From Bdellovibrio sp. (lineage in GTDB: Bacteria; Bdellovibrionota; Bdellovibrionia; Bdellovibrionales; Bdellovibrionaceae), in contig JAKFCY010000002.1 in the NCBI GenBank assembly GCA_036676395.1, positions 320,001 through 384,000 on the forward strand: 64,000 nucleotides of DNA. The letters are read 5' to 3'. Positions 38,120-48,229 of this stretch are shown here, in pieces. The notes beneath the pieces were generated by a model that was not told the origin of the DNA, did not search any database, and saw nothing but the letters and a program-made list of their open reading frames with translations. Numbering within the stretch: position 1 is the first letter of the stretch; each line of letters begins with the position of its first letter. A program made the translations under genes and the position numbers.

Positions 38120-38136
38120 GGGGTATCACATTAGCC

Positions 38137-39522
38137 ATGGATATTCTGAACTTTATCGATGGCGACTTCGCCAAACCTGTACAGCCCGCAACGTTCACGC
38201 AAGAGCGTCCATTTAACGATAAAACTATCTTAGTCGCCAATAGTTCAGCTCTCGATTTGGTAAAAGCCATCCAAGGCTCGCACACCGCATTTAATACCTG
38301 GAAAGAATCGACGATTGAAGACCGCGTTGTCTTAGTCGATAAAATCTTACACTACCTTCAAGACCATAAAAATCAATTTGCAGAACAGGAAGCCTGGAAT
38401 CAGGGTTTAAACTTAGCGTTTTCATTATCGGTAAATATTGATGTGGCCATAGCTAAGCTAAAAAACTTAAAAATCGAATTACACAAGGGTATTCCCGAAG
38501 GCTACGGCGTATTACCTGTGGGCGTGGTCGGCGTAGTTTTATCATGGAACTTATCAACAAGACTATTTGTTGAAAAAGTGCTTCCTGCGATTTTAGCCGG
38601 AAACTCTGTGATTGTTAAAATTTCAAGTTATTCACCAGTCACAGCCAAACTTTGGGGAGAGTTATTTCAATCAGTTGGAATGACTGCAGGTCTGGTTCAG
38701 ATGCTGCATAGCCAAGATGCTGGGTTTAAAAAATTATTCATCACGCATCCAGGAATTAAAGCCTTGTTAGTCACTGGCACTTTAGAAAATACCAGCGAAA
38801 TCATAAAAACTGTAGCGCAAATGACGACACAACAGTTTAAGAAAATTCAAATTCACTCGGGATCTAAAAATACTGCAGCAGCACTAAATGAACCTGTTGA
38901 GAAAGAAATGAATGAAATTTTAAATTCTTTTCTTTTTGGCCAAGGACAACTGGCGTGGAATTCATCAAGATTATTTATTTTAGAAAAACACGAACAGCAG
39001 TGGACTGAATTTGTAGCTCATAAGCTACATGATTTAAAGCCGAGCACTGATATTCATGATTGGTCACCGTGGACACCGCTCATGAAAATGAAATCGGTGG
39101 ATCAGTTCGCTTCGTTAGTTCAACAAGCTAAGACAGATCAGGCAAAAATTATATCGGCAGATGGGGCATTGCCCTCAAATAAATATGTAAAACCATTTTT
39201 TACTAAAGACATGTCGAACTGTTCGGTGCTGCAACAAGATCAGGTATTGGGGCCAGCATTTATTTTATCAACGGTGAAATACGCCTTCGATATTCCGAAA
39301 TATAGTAATGTTTCTTATTATGGGCATTCTGCCACAGTGTGGACAGAGGCCGGCAAAAACCAAAAGACCATCCAGCAATTGGATGTTGGTCTAGTTAGTC
39401 TTAATCGCTGGAGTATTTATCAAGATTCAGCCATTGAAGGTGTCAAACAATCATCGTTTGGAAATATGAATAGCCAGATATTTGGCGACTTTTATTGTAA
39501 CGTCAAAAAGCTGACGACTTAA
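38137..39522 (+). CDS. Aldehyde dehydrogenase-fold protein lacking catalytic residues
   Basis: ALDH landmarks SWN, AGNSVIVK, VTGT, GQxx, LGP, YGHSATVWT, GVKQS; GQLAWNSSR in place of GQxCxAxSR and IHSGSK in place of LELGGK. Start placed at 38137 because ATG 38071 would run through the terminator. Confidence 0.8.
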   Translation: MDILNFIDGDFAKPVQPATFTQERPFNDKTILVANSSALDLVKAIQGSHTAFNTWKESTIEDRVVLVDKILHYLQDHKNQFAEQEAWNQGLNLAFSLSVNIDVAIAKLKNLKIELHKGIPEGYGVLPVGVVGVVLSWNLSTRLFVEKVLPAILAGNSVIVKISSYSPVTAKLWGELFQSVGMTAGLVQMLHSQDAGFKKLFITHPGIKALLVTGTLENTSEIIKTVAQMTTQQFKKIQIHSGSKNTAAALNEPVEKEMNEILNSFLFGQGQLAWNSSRLFILEKHEQQWTEFVAHKLHDLKPSTDIHDWSPWTPLMKMKSVDQFASLVQQAKTDQAKIISADGALPSNKYVKPFFTKDMSNCSVLQQDQVLGPAFILSTVKYAFDIPKYSNVSYYGHSATVWTEAGKNQKTIQQLDVGLVSLNRWSIYQDSAIEGVKQSSFGNMNSQIFGDFYCNVKKLTT

Positions 39523-39535
39523 GTCGGGCGTATGG

Positions 39536-39772
39536 CTATTGAATCGTATGACTTTTTGAGCGCATGCGGATATTGCATTGCGGGCAGAAGGCTTCTTCTT
39601 TAATTTCGCCATTAGCTTCAGTGGTTGTTACTTTAAGTTCTAATGATGTCGCGCACAACACACAGTTGCATTGAAGGGCGATAAACGCTTTTTGAAACGT
39701 GTTTTCAGTTTTCTCGTAACGGGGAAGATCAGATAATTTTAAATGGCTGTTGGCCGTATCTTGAGATCTCAT
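39536..39772 (-). CDS. Small zinc-ribbon protein
   Basis: CVLC...CPQC; strong SD AGGAGGAG upstream. Confidence 0.75.
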   Translation of the reverse strand: MRSQDTANSHLKLSDLPRYEKTENTFQKAFIALQCNCVLCATSLELKVTTTEANGEIKEEAFCPQCNIRMRSKSHTIQ

Positions 39773-39953
39773 ATTGCTCCTCCTGAGCTAAATTCTTTAA
39801 CGTCTTTCGAGAGCCAATTCACATCCTATGAAATGACTGTCTTGTGTAAATACAATCTCACTGCAAAAACCGTTCACAGACCAACGTCAAGTCTATGAGA
39901 GTGAGATACTTATTCTTCGCTTTTTAATACGACAGAATAAATTACAATTTCGG

Positions 39954-41036
39954 TTACGATCTAAAGTCCAAATTTAAACTGTTTTCAAAATCATTTTTAT
40001 CAAACGCTAACTGAATTAATTTTGTAATCAAATCGCTGTAACCCACGCCTTTGGCTTCCCACATCATTGGGTACATCGAAATTTTAGTAAAACCCGGCAG
40101 CGTGTTAATTTCATTAACCGTTAACGAGCCATCTTTTTTCATAAAGAAATCAACGCGAGTTAATCCATCGCAGTATAAAGCTTGATATGTTTTAACAGCT
40201 AAACTTCTGATCTGTTCAGTTTGTTCAGCTGTAACTTTAGCCGGAATGATAATTTCTGCCCCATTAGGATCAAGGTATTTTGCCTCATAAGAATAAAATT
40301 CGTGTTTAACTACTAATTCACCGGGCATAGCGGCTTCTGGTTTTTGATTTAAACCCATCACTGAACATTCAACTTCTCGGCCGTCGATAAATTCTTCAGC
40401 TAATACTTTATGATCGTATTTAAAAGAATCTTTTAATTTAGCAGCAAACTCATCTTTAGATTTAATCTTATGCACGCCCACTGAAGAGCCCGCATTTGCA
40501 GGTTTAATAAAAAATGGAAGGCCCAAGTTTTTGACCAAACCGTCAAAATCCGGAGTTTCATAACTTTTTAAAACCGCATATTTAGAATTCGGAATTCCTG
40601 CAGCCGTCATGATGATTTTCATCACTTCTTTATCCATCGCAATAGCTGAAGACATCACGCCACAGCCTACAAACGGAAGGCCTAAGATTTTAAGATGTCC
40701 TTGCATAGTGCCGTCTTCGCCGTTGGTTCCATGAATGATCGCAAAAGCGCAATCTAATTCTTGGCGTTGTTGGTTTTGCAAATTAAGAGCAAAAACTTTT
40801 GATTGCGCACGAATTAAAGTGATCGTTTGTTCTTGCGCCATTTTGTTATCGTTGATGGCTTCTAAGGTTTCAAAATCTTTTTCATTGATTGCATACCAAG
40901 TTCCTTGCTTAGAAACGCCGATAAGCACCGGAGAAAACTTTGTTTTATCCATAGCTTTAAAAATATTACGAGCAGAGTTAATTGAAACTTCGTGTTCAGA
41001 AGAATGGCCACCAAAAATAACTGCAATTTTTTTCAT
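39954..41036 (-). CDS. ddl: D-alanine--D-alanine ligase
   Basis: FGGHSSEHEVS, HGTNGEDG, KPANAGSSVG, NEINTLPGFT. Confidence 0.96.
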   Translation of the reverse strand: MKKIAVIFGGHSSEHEVSINSARNIFKAMDKTKFSPVLIGVSKQGTWYAINEKDFETLEAINDNKMAQEQTITLIRAQSKVFALNLQNQQRQELDCAFAIIHGTNGEDGTMQGHLKILGLPFVGCGVMSSAIAMDKEVMKIIMTAAGIPNSKYAVLKSYETPDFDGLVKNLGLPFFIKPANAGSSVGVHKIKSKDEFAAKLKDSFKYDHKVLAEEFIDGREVECSVMGLNQKPEAAMPGELVVKHEFYSYEAKYLDPNGAEIIIPAKVTAEQTEQIRSLAVKTYQALYCDGLTRVDFFMKKDGSLTVNEINTLPGFTKISMYPMMWEAKGVGYSDLITKLIQLAFDKNDFENSLNLDFRS

Positions 41037-41056
41037 ACACAGATAGCTTATGTTAG

Positions 41057-41638
41057 CTAGGCCATCTCGACAAGTTCTTTGGTTAGGCCCCGGATGCCAG
41101 TGAACACTTGAAATGGTGTGGCATCATTCATGTAGGCCGGTGTAGTGATAACTTTTGTATCGCGACAAGTGATGTAATCATCCGACGGACATTCTTCAAC
41201 AGTCACTTTCCAACTTTCAACGATGTTTTTTTCAGAAAAATCCTCGCCTAAAGTAATGTTTGGATTGTGTTTAGCTAAAACTTTAGCCACAACGATCGGC
41301 GCCATACAAATTGCTCCGATGGGTTTGCTTTGTTCGTAAAACCGCTGAATAATTTTTTCCACCGTCGGATTGACCGTCATTTTAATTTTGTCTGTTTTCC
41401 AAGTTGAAATGTGAGTCGCATTACCAGCACCACCTGGCAAAACTAAAGCATCAAATTCATTTGGATTTAATTGCTCAAGCGGGTGTAATTCGTGGTGATT
41501 TAATGCGGTCTGAGTATCGAACGCAAAAATTTTAAATTGCGCTTTAAACTCAGAAAGTGAAATTAATAAACTAATTGTTTCAGTGATTTCAGATTGGCCG
41601 GGGCCAAAACCCACAGCCAAGATAGCGATTTTTTTCAT
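41057..41638 (-). CDS. DJ-1/PfpI family, ElbB-like protein
   Basis: SEITE, LVLPGGAG, KPIGAICMAP, TTPAYM. Confidence 0.85.
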   Translation of the reverse strand: MKKIAILAVGFGPGQSEITETISLLISLSEFKAQFKIFAFDTQTALNHHELHPLEQLNPNEFDALVLPGGAGNATHISTWKTDKIKMTVNPTVEKIIQRFYEQSKPIGAICMAPIVVAKVLAKHNPNITLGEDFSEKNIVESWKVTVEECPSDDYITCRDTKVITTPAYMNDATPFQVFTGIRGLTKELVEMA

Positions 41639-41662
41639 GCGTCTACTCTAAACTAAAAGGGC

Positions 41663-42511
41663 CTAGTCGCCTACTGAAAATCCGTTAACCCCGATGCAGT
41701 CTTCAGCTAAAACCTTGCGATTTTCCATCTGCACAAGACCGCGAACGCAATATTGCAAAACTTTTGAAAAGAAAGGCAGTGAGCTCGACATCATAAATGT
41801 GTAATGCGTGCGCGCTGGCTGACCATCAGTTTGAATATCATTGTTATCAACCAAATCGTACTCAACTTTACGAATCGGGATTTTACAATGTAGAGTGTCG
41901 CTGCAAATGCGCGGGTCGGCTAAATCAGGCGATAACGCCATTTGGCTATCGACAACGCTAAGATTATGACAAGTCACTTTGTCTTCACGGCAGGCAAAAG
42001 CTGCCATCACAATAAATGCACGGTACATAAAAAACGGCACTTTATCAGCAGCTTTAACGGATAAGTCAGAACGCGTTTTAATGCTTTGAGATTCTACTGT
42101 GTTGTTTGATATGTCGTTTGAATGGCCAAAATCTAAGTTGTAAGCAAGATTATTAAAAGATTGATTCGAATTTAAATAATCAACCTTCGAATAATCTAAA
42201 GCAAAGCGGGTCACTGTCGCCCCGCTGACTACAACATCAGTGATTGAATTTACAATGATGGCTTGGCTAAATAGTTTCACAGACTGTGAATCTTCATAAG
42301 TCGTGACCGCAGTCACGTTACTTGACTCGTTACGATTAATATCAGCAGGATCAAGTCCGCCAATACCTTCGGCCATTTTAGATTCGACCTCATCGGCGTC
42401 AACAATGGGTCCTAAATTAGCATCTTCAAGGTTTTGTTTTTTTAAGCAAGACGTTTGCGTGAATACGACGAACAAGGCCGTAAGCACGATGATTGATTGT
42501 TTTAATTTCAT
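41663..42511 (-). CDS. Hypothetical lipoprotein
   Basis: MKLKQ...TQTSC lipobox-like; start overlaps the upstream GNAT stop. Confidence 0.7.
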   Translation of the reverse strand: MKLKQSIIVLTALFVVFTQTSCLKKQNLEDANLGPIVDADEVESKMAEGIGGLDPADINRNESSNVTAVTTYEDSQSVKLFSQAIIVNSITDVVVSGATVTRFALDYSKVDYLNSNQSFNNLAYNLDFGHSNDISNNTVESQSIKTRSDLSVKAADKVPFFMYRAFIVMAAFACREDKVTCHNLSVVDSQMALSPDLADPRICSDTLHCKIPIRKVEYDLVDNNDIQTDGQPARTHYTFMMSSSLPFFSKVLQYCVRGLVQMENRKVLAEDCIGVNGFSVGD

Positions 42512-43602
42512 ATAGAATCCCAACCCCAAACCCATAGCGGAAGCGGTAATAATGTATTTAAAATTTCGCGCGTTTCCGGTTTAATAAATGTCATTTCATC
42601 GATCGTTGTCGGGCCAAATAAGATTTTTGCTAAATCAGCTTCTTCGTCTAAGGTGTAAAGATCCTGGCCGTAACCAAATACGATTTGACCGTGTTGTTTT
42701 TCTAAAACGATTTGATCAAAACCTTCAGTGCGAAAAGCTCTTTTTACTTTCATCGCCACGGCTTCAAAGTTATGAATGCGTAACATCGCCAAAAAACCGC
42801 GATGACAGTATACTTCTAAATCATCTAAGACTTTGCGCAGATTAGTCGAATGCTGCGGAACCATAAGATGATAATTTTTATTTTCAGTTTTAACCATGTG
42901 GCTAACTAGATCGATAAGTGCGTCGACGTTTCCGCCCCATTCGTGAATAAAAGTTTGCAAATCAGCACCTTTGCCATCAACAGCATAAGCTAAAAGTTGA
43001 TTGCTGCTGCTCCAAGCGGTGTAAAGATTTGCATTCGGAATTTTTAAATACTGTTGGATATCATCGATAGAACGCATCGATCCCACGCTATGTTGAGAAT
43101 AAAGTTTTAAGATAGCTTGGGGATCAACCTGAGTGCCTTTTACGATACGAATGTTTTCGCAGCGCGGGGCCAGTGGTTTATCAAATACATAGGTGTTTTC
43201 GCTGCCGGCTAATTCAAAGCCAAATTTTTGATAAAATTCTGTTTTATCAGTCCACAAAATCACTAAATCACAATCTTGCGCCGTGGCTTTTGCTAAACAA
43301 TTTTGCATATTCAAGGTGCTTAAACCCTGCTGACGATGAGATGGGTCTGTGACCACCGAGCCAATAGCGCCTATTTTGTAGATAGCATAAGGCGTTTTTG
43401 TTATAATAGGCTTAATTAGTGCGTGTGATAAAATGGAACCATCTTCTTCGGTAATAATGCTCATGTTGTGCATATTCGAAGGAGTCAATGCTGTCGGATA
43501 TTCACTGTTAATGGGCCAAGTTGATTCGGCTCTTAATTGATGATTAAGAAATTCGACAACATGATCAAATTCATGCTGTTCTGGAGATCTGGGCTTTAAC
43601 AT
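42508..43602 (-). CDS. GNAT family N-acetyltransferase (Eis-like)
   Basis: IGSVVTDPSHRQQGL, FYQKFGF. Confidence 0.85.
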   Translation of the reverse strand: MLKPRSPEQHEFDHVVEFLNHQLRAESTWPINSEYPTALTPSNMHNMSIITEEDGSILSHALIKPIITKTPYAIYKIGAIGSVVTDPSHRQQGLSTLNMQNCLAKATAQDCDLVILWTDKTEFYQKFGFELAGSENTYVFDKPLAPRCENIRIVKGTQVDPQAILKLYSQHSVGSMRSIDDIQQYLKIPNANLYTAWSSSNQLLAYAVDGKGADLQTFIHEWGGNVDALIDLVSHMVKTENKNYHLMVPQHSTNLRKVLDDLEVYCHRGFLAMLRIHNFEAVAMKVKRAFRTEGFDQIVLEKQHGQIVFGYGQDLYTLDEEADLAKILFGPTTIDEMTFIKPETREILNTLLPLPLWVWGWDSI

Positions 43603-43724
43603 AAAAATAATACTCCTATGATAGAAATATTATAGCTGTGAATGCCCTGTCTGTGATGGCCAGTTCTATGAATTTGACTTAAGCCCAGATATTCCATAGA
43701 TTGCAGTACTGTAAAGGAGCTCAA

Positions 43725-43964
43725 ATGGCTGATCTGGGTCAAAAATGGAAAGAAAATAAAGACGGCAAAATTTTCGTCGATCAATCTTGTATTGCATGTG
43801 ATGCCTGTGTTTTAACGGCTCCAAAAAACTTTACGATGCACGAAGAAGACGGTCATGCATTTGTAACTAAACAACCAGACACTCCTGAAGAAGAAGCGGC
43901 TGTTAAAGAAGCGATGGAAGGCTGTCCTGTTGAAGCCATCGGCGATTTCGGTGACCAAGGTTAA
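43725..43964 (+). CDS. Ferredoxin (single cluster)
   Basis: CIACDAC...CPVEAI; SD AAGGAG before ATG 43725. Confidence 0.9.
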   Translation: MADLGQKWKENKDGKIFVDQSCIACDACVLTAPKNFTMHEEDGHAFVTKQPDTPEEEAAVKEAMEGCPVEAIGDFGDQG

Positions 43965-44613
43965 GGTCACCAAACCAAAGTCTGGCGCACTCGACGTTAG
44001 TTGGTGCCTGAACCTTCTTAAGAAAAATTATCCTGATGCACACTGTGCACTAATTTTTTCAAATCCGTTTCAATTATTAATCGCGACTATATTATCCGCG
44101 CAATGCACTGATGAACGGGTCAATATCGTCACCAAAGATCTTTTTAAAAAATATAAAAAACCCAGTGATTTAGCAGAAGAAAACGTTGAAGTGATCGAGC
44201 AATACATTCGCTCTGCAGGTTTTTATAAAAACAAAGCTAAAAATATCAAAGCCTGCTGCCAGATTTTAAAAGATAAACATGGTAATCAGGTGCCAAAAAC
44301 TTTAGACGAATTAGTAGAGCTACCAGGGGTAGGGCGAAAAACCGCCAATGTGGTTTTAGGTAATGCTTTTGCTATCGCTACCGGCGTTGTGGTCGACACG
44401 CATGTAACTCGACTAGCGAATCGTTTTGGTTGGGTCAAAATTGTCGACGCTGTAAAGATTGAACAGAAACTTAATGTTATGTTCGAGCAATCTGAATGGA
44501 TCCTGCTTTCGCATTATTTGATTTCACATGGTCGGGCGATTTGCAAAGCTAGATCTCCGGACTGCGAGTCATGTTTTTTAGCTACCCGCTGTCCACGTAA
44601 AGGTCTAAGCTAG
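43951..44613 (+). CDS. nth: Endonuclease III
   Basis: LSAQCTD, HhH LPGVGRKTAN, VDTH, CxxxxxxCxxCxxxxxC cluster; start uncertain (43930 or 43951). Confidence 0.95.
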   Translation: MTKVKVTKPKSGALDVSWCLNLLKKNYPDAHCALIFSNPFQLLIATILSAQCTDERVNIVTKDLFKKYKKPSDLAEENVEVIEQYIRSAGFYKNKAKNIKACCQILKDKHGNQVPKTLDELVELPGVGRKTANVVLGNAFAIATGVVVDTHVTRLANRFGWVKIVDAVKIEQKLNVMFEQSEWILLSHYLISHGRAICKARSPDCESCFLATRCPRKGLS

Positions 44614-44618
44614 TACAC

Positions 44619-45101
44619 ATGCTACAAGCTTATTTTGAAAGTCTAAAATATGTGGGGCATCTGCTTCCCATTTCTTTTCTAAGAATTTTTTTAGGATATT
44701 TTTATTTGCAACAAGCCTTTAAAGATTGGCAAGTTCACGTCATAGGTAATTCGATGGTCAGTGATTTGCTTGTCGAAGCTTTAAATAAAACGCAAATGCC
44801 TTTTTGGTATCGCTTTTTTCTGACTGAGCACTTAATGAGTCACTGGCCTTTTTATGCTTTTGTTCTTGTGGGAATACAGGCCATCATCGGAATTTCATAT
44901 TTAATTGGTTACGTGGTTCGTCCCGCTTCAATTCTGGGATTAATTCTTTGTTTAAATTATTTGGCCGTGGCAAGTTCGAGCCAAGAATTTTTCTTTAAAT
45001 TAATGATCGCTTCACATGTGTTATTAGCATGGGTGGGTGCCGGCCGTTGTTTAGGATTAGATTATTATTTTTATAAACGTTATCGCGGAATTTGGTGGTA
45101 G
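44619..45101 (+). CDS. DoxX-family membrane protein
   Basis: FLRIFLG, GAGRCLGLD. Confidence 0.75.
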   Translation: MLQAYFESLKYVGHLLPISFLRIFLGYFYLQQAFKDWQVHVIGNSMVSDLLVEALNKTQMPFWYRFFLTEHLMSHWPFYAFVLVGIQAIIGISYLIGYVVRPASILGLILCLNYLAVASSSQEFFFKLMIASHVLLAWVGAGRCLGLDYYFYKRYRGIWW

Positions 45102-45107
45102 TTTTTA

Positions 45108-46139
45108 ATGAAGCATTTTTTAGCTTTTGTCGCAGTTGTTTTTTCATGTTTAACAGTTTTTTACTTTTACCGTGACGATGGGCAAAACAGCGCTGATTAC
45201 ACAAGTCTTAAAGTTTATGGTTCAGGGTCATTTATTGGTTCATGGGGGCCAGGCCCAAAACTAAAAGAAATATTCGAAAAACAAACGGGCATTAAAGTAA
45301 CCTATCTTGAAATGTCTGATCCAGCTTTAGTGTTTCAAAAAATTTCATTCGAAGGGGCGCAAGCTGTCGGTGATGTGATTTTAAGTTTAGATCAATATGA
45401 TTTAGCACGTGCCGCAGATAAATTAACTTGGAAAGCTATTGAAGCAAAGACGTCTTTTAATTTGCCTGATACTTTAAAAGAGCTTGAAAAAATGGAACAG
45501 TTTAAAGCTTATGACTGGGCACCGATTGCTTTTGTGGCTCGTGATGATTTAAAAATAACAATTGAAAAGTTAGATGATTTACTAAATCCAGAACTTAAGG
45601 GTCGCATTGCTTTAGAAGATCCAAGAACAAGTTCACCAGGTTTAAATTTTTTAGCCTGGATTTATAAAACTAAATCTGAAGCAGATGCTGATCAGTTTGT
45701 TAAACAATTAATGGCGCAGGCGCATAGCTTTTCACCTAGTTGGTCAGCGGCTTACGGATTATTTAAAAACAAACAGGCTGATATCGTTTTATCGTACGCT
45801 ACTTCTCCGGTGTATCATTTAGTCGAAGAAAAAGATTCGCACTTTACAGCTTTAGAATTCAAAGACGGTCACCCTGTTCAGGTTGAATTCGCCGGAGTTC
45901 CTGAATCTTGTATTAACTGTGATGCTGGAATTCGTTTTGTTCAGTTTTTACAAACTCCCGAAGCACAAAAAATTATTATGGAAAAGAACTATATGTTTCC
46001 GATGATTAAAGCTGTGCAAGAAGGAACAGCTTTTGATGGTGTGAAAAACTTTAAATTATTGCCATTCAAGCTTGAAGTTAAAGAGCAATTGCAAAAATGG
46101 TTAGGCACTTGGACCGAGCTAAGAAAAAATGAAGGCTAA
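45108..46139 (+). CDS. thiB: Thiamine ABC transporter substrate-binding protein
   Basis: WGPGP, DPRTSSPGL, WSAAYGLF, SYATSP, NYMFP. Confidence 0.88.
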   Translation: MKHFLAFVAVVFSCLTVFYFYRDDGQNSADYTSLKVYGSGSFIGSWGPGPKLKEIFEKQTGIKVTYLEMSDPALVFQKISFEGAQAVGDVILSLDQYDLARAADKLTWKAIEAKTSFNLPDTLKELEKMEQFKAYDWAPIAFVARDDLKITIEKLDDLLNPELKGRIALEDPRTSSPGLNFLAWIYKTKSEADADQFVKQLMAQAHSFSPSWSAAYGLFKNKQADIVLSYATSPVYHLVEEKDSHFTALEFKDGHPVQVEFAGVPESCINCDAGIRFVQFLQTPEAQKIIMEKNYMFPMIKAVQEGTAFDGVKNFKLLPFKLEVKEQLQKWLGTWTELRKNEG

Positions 46140-47571
46140 AGCTATAAAGCTGGTTTTAGCTTTATTTTTTTTATTTCCGTTTTTTATTCTTTTTTACTAT
46201 TTCAGATTAAATTTAGATTACGACATTCAAGAAATTCTCTGGGCCCTGCGAAACTCTTTAGTGCAAAGCTTATCGACGGCAGCATTGGCAGTATTTTTTG
46301 GTTTTTTCGGGGCGTTAGGGCTTATGCAGCTTTCGGGTGGTAAACAGCGCATCTTAAAGTTTTTAGCGTTAGTGCCTGTATTTATGCCGTCATTATTTTC
46401 GTTGTTAATCGGTATTTCGATCATAAATTTTTTTCCGCTAGGTTCATTGGGAGTTATTTATTTTTTAACTCTTATTTATATTGGTTTTGTTGCCTTTATT
46501 TTGTGTGAAGAGATGACATCACAGCTTGGCCAATTCGGTTTTGTCGGTGAAGTTTACGGGGTATCTAAAAAATCTTTTTTATTAAAAGTCTTATGGCCTT
46601 TGATGCAAAAATCAGTAGGCTTTGTTTTTATCACAGTTTTTGTGAATGCGATGATGGCCTTTACGATTCCGTTATTAGTAGGTGCCGGTCGTGGAACTAA
46701 TTTTGAAGTTTTAATCTATGAAAAAATTTTTATCGAACAAAATTGGTCGGTGGCGTTAGGGCTAAGTTTAATACAACTAGCGTTAGTTGCGGTCTTTGCC
46801 TTTTTATTACAGGCACGGCCTGCAGTCAGTGTCAGCGAGTTTAAAAAAAGTTCTTTGATTGGGTCACACATTGGTTTGGGCGGTTTAGTTTTATATTTAA
46901 CGCTGTATTTTTGGGGTTATATAAAACAATTCGGCAGCAGTTTGCAGGTCTATTATATCGCTGAAATTTTTAATGCTGATTTTTATGCATCGATTTCACA
47001 GTCTCTTCTGCTGTTTTTATTCTGCTTTATGATCTTTTTTATTCTATTGCTGGCAGTTTTATATTTAAAGTATTCTCAGGCTAAAATCCGATTTTTGAAC
47101 TTTTTCTTAAGCCCCTCGTCGGTGTTAGTTGGTTTTGGCTTTTACTTATTATTACCATCACATAATTTATTTTTTTCATTATTAAAACTTTCGCTCGTTA
47201 TTGCGGCTGTGGGCTTTGTTAGTTTTATGAAATCTGTTTTTGAAAATCAATTGCAACTTTTTGAAACACAAATAAAAGTGGCCAGATCATTCGGGATTGG
47301 TTTTTTTGTTTTTGTATTTAAAATTTACTTTCCACAGATTAAAAAGCGTCTGCATTTTGCGATGTCATTATTATTTATTTTTACTATTTCTGAGTTTGGC
47401 TTAGTAAAGGCTTCTGGTGCAGAAGTTAAAACTTTAGGCACCGAGATGGCCAGTTATTTAGGAAGCTATCGTATCGAAGGGGCTTTTGTGATCAGTACTG
47501 TAATTTTATCTATTTGGCTTATAACCGCACTCATTTCAGGAGCAGCACTTGGCGTACATAAAAAATCTTAA
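46129..47571 (+). CDS. thiP: Thiamine ABC transporter permease
   Basis: Two TM blocks; lies between thiB and the ATPase. Confidence 0.75.
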   Translation: MKAKAIKLVLALFFLFPFFILFYYFRLNLDYDIQEILWALRNSLVQSLSTAALAVFFGFFGALGLMQLSGGKQRILKFLALVPVFMPSLFSLLIGISIINFFPLGSLGVIYFLTLIYIGFVAFILCEEMTSQLGQFGFVGEVYGVSKKSFLLKVLWPLMQKSVGFVFITVFVNAMMAFTIPLLVGAGRGTNFEVLIYEKIFIEQNWSVALGLSLIQLALVAVFAFLLQARPAVSVSEFKKSSLIGSHIGLGGLVLYLTLYFWGYIKQFGSSLQVYYIAEIFNADFYASISQSLLLFLFCFMIFFILLLAVLYLKYSQAKIRFLNFFLSPSSVLVGFGFYLLLPSHNLFFSLLKLSLVIAAVGFVSFMKSVFENQLQLFETQIKVARSFGIGFFVFVFKIYFPQIKKRLHFAMSLLFIFTISEFGLVKASGAEVKTLGTEMASYLGSYRIEGAFVISTVILSIWLITALISGAALGVHKKS

Positions 47572-48187
47572 TTATAAATTCGATAACTTTATTTTAGATA
47601 TTCCGTCGCTTGAGATTAAAGAAAATGAAGTGACTGTGCTTATGGGGCCATCAGGTGCAGGTAAAACCACGCTCTTTAATTTAATTACAGGCTTTGTTCC
47701 CTATCAGGATTGGCAATTTGAAATCGCCGGTATTGATTTAGCAAAAAAAGAAATCTCAGAGCGTGAATTAGGTGTGGTTTTTCAAAGTTTTGAATTGTTT
47801 CCGCATTTGACAGCTAAAGAAAATATAGAATTAGTGATGCAGTCGCGCAAGAACACAAGCAGCCAGGCTTTTGCAGAATTAGAAAAATACAAAAACATTT
47901 TAAAATTAGAAAATTGCTGGAACACCAAAGCTCAAGTGTTGTCGGGCGGAGAAAAGCAACGAGTGGCGTTGCTTCGCGCGGTGATGGCAAAGCCTCGCAT
48001 GTTATTATTAGATGAGCCGTTTTCTGCGTTAGACGAAGCGACTAAAGAAGAAGCGCGTAAGCTTGTTAAAAGCGTATTGCAAGACATTAAGGTAACCACT
48101 TTGATGATCAGTCATGATTCTAAAGATGCGCAGTATTTTGGATCTAATTTAATTTTAATTGATAACGGTCAAATTAAAAAATCCTAA
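47549..48187 (+). CDS. thiQ: ABC transporter ATP-binding protein (ThiQ-like)
   Basis: GPSGAGKT, LFPHLT, LSGGEKQR, LLDEPFSALD. Confidence 0.8.
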   Translation: MAYIKNLNYKFDNFILDIPSLEIKENEVTVLMGPSGAGKTTLFNLITGFVPYQDWQFEIAGIDLAKKEISERELGVVFQSFELFPHLTAKENIELVMQSRKNTSSQAFAELEKYKNILKLENCWNTKAQVLSGGEKQRVALLRAVMAKPRMLLLDEPFSALDEATKEEARKLVKSVLQDIKVTTLMISHDSKDAQYFGSNLILIDNGQIKKS

Positions 48188-48215
48188 GCTTTTAAGGCTT
48201 AGGATTTAGTTTTTA
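48179..48215. terminator. Terminator hairpin between convergent genes
   Basis: AAATCCTAAGC/GCTTAGGATTT stem with A/T-rich flanks. Confidence 0.55.
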
Positions 48216-48229
48216 AATTGTTTTAATAA

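Noticed and set aside
44560..45107. TPP riboswitch expected upstream of thiB
   Set aside because: thiB starts 6 nt after the DoxX gene and no CTGAGA/ACCTG/AGCGTAGG core is visible.
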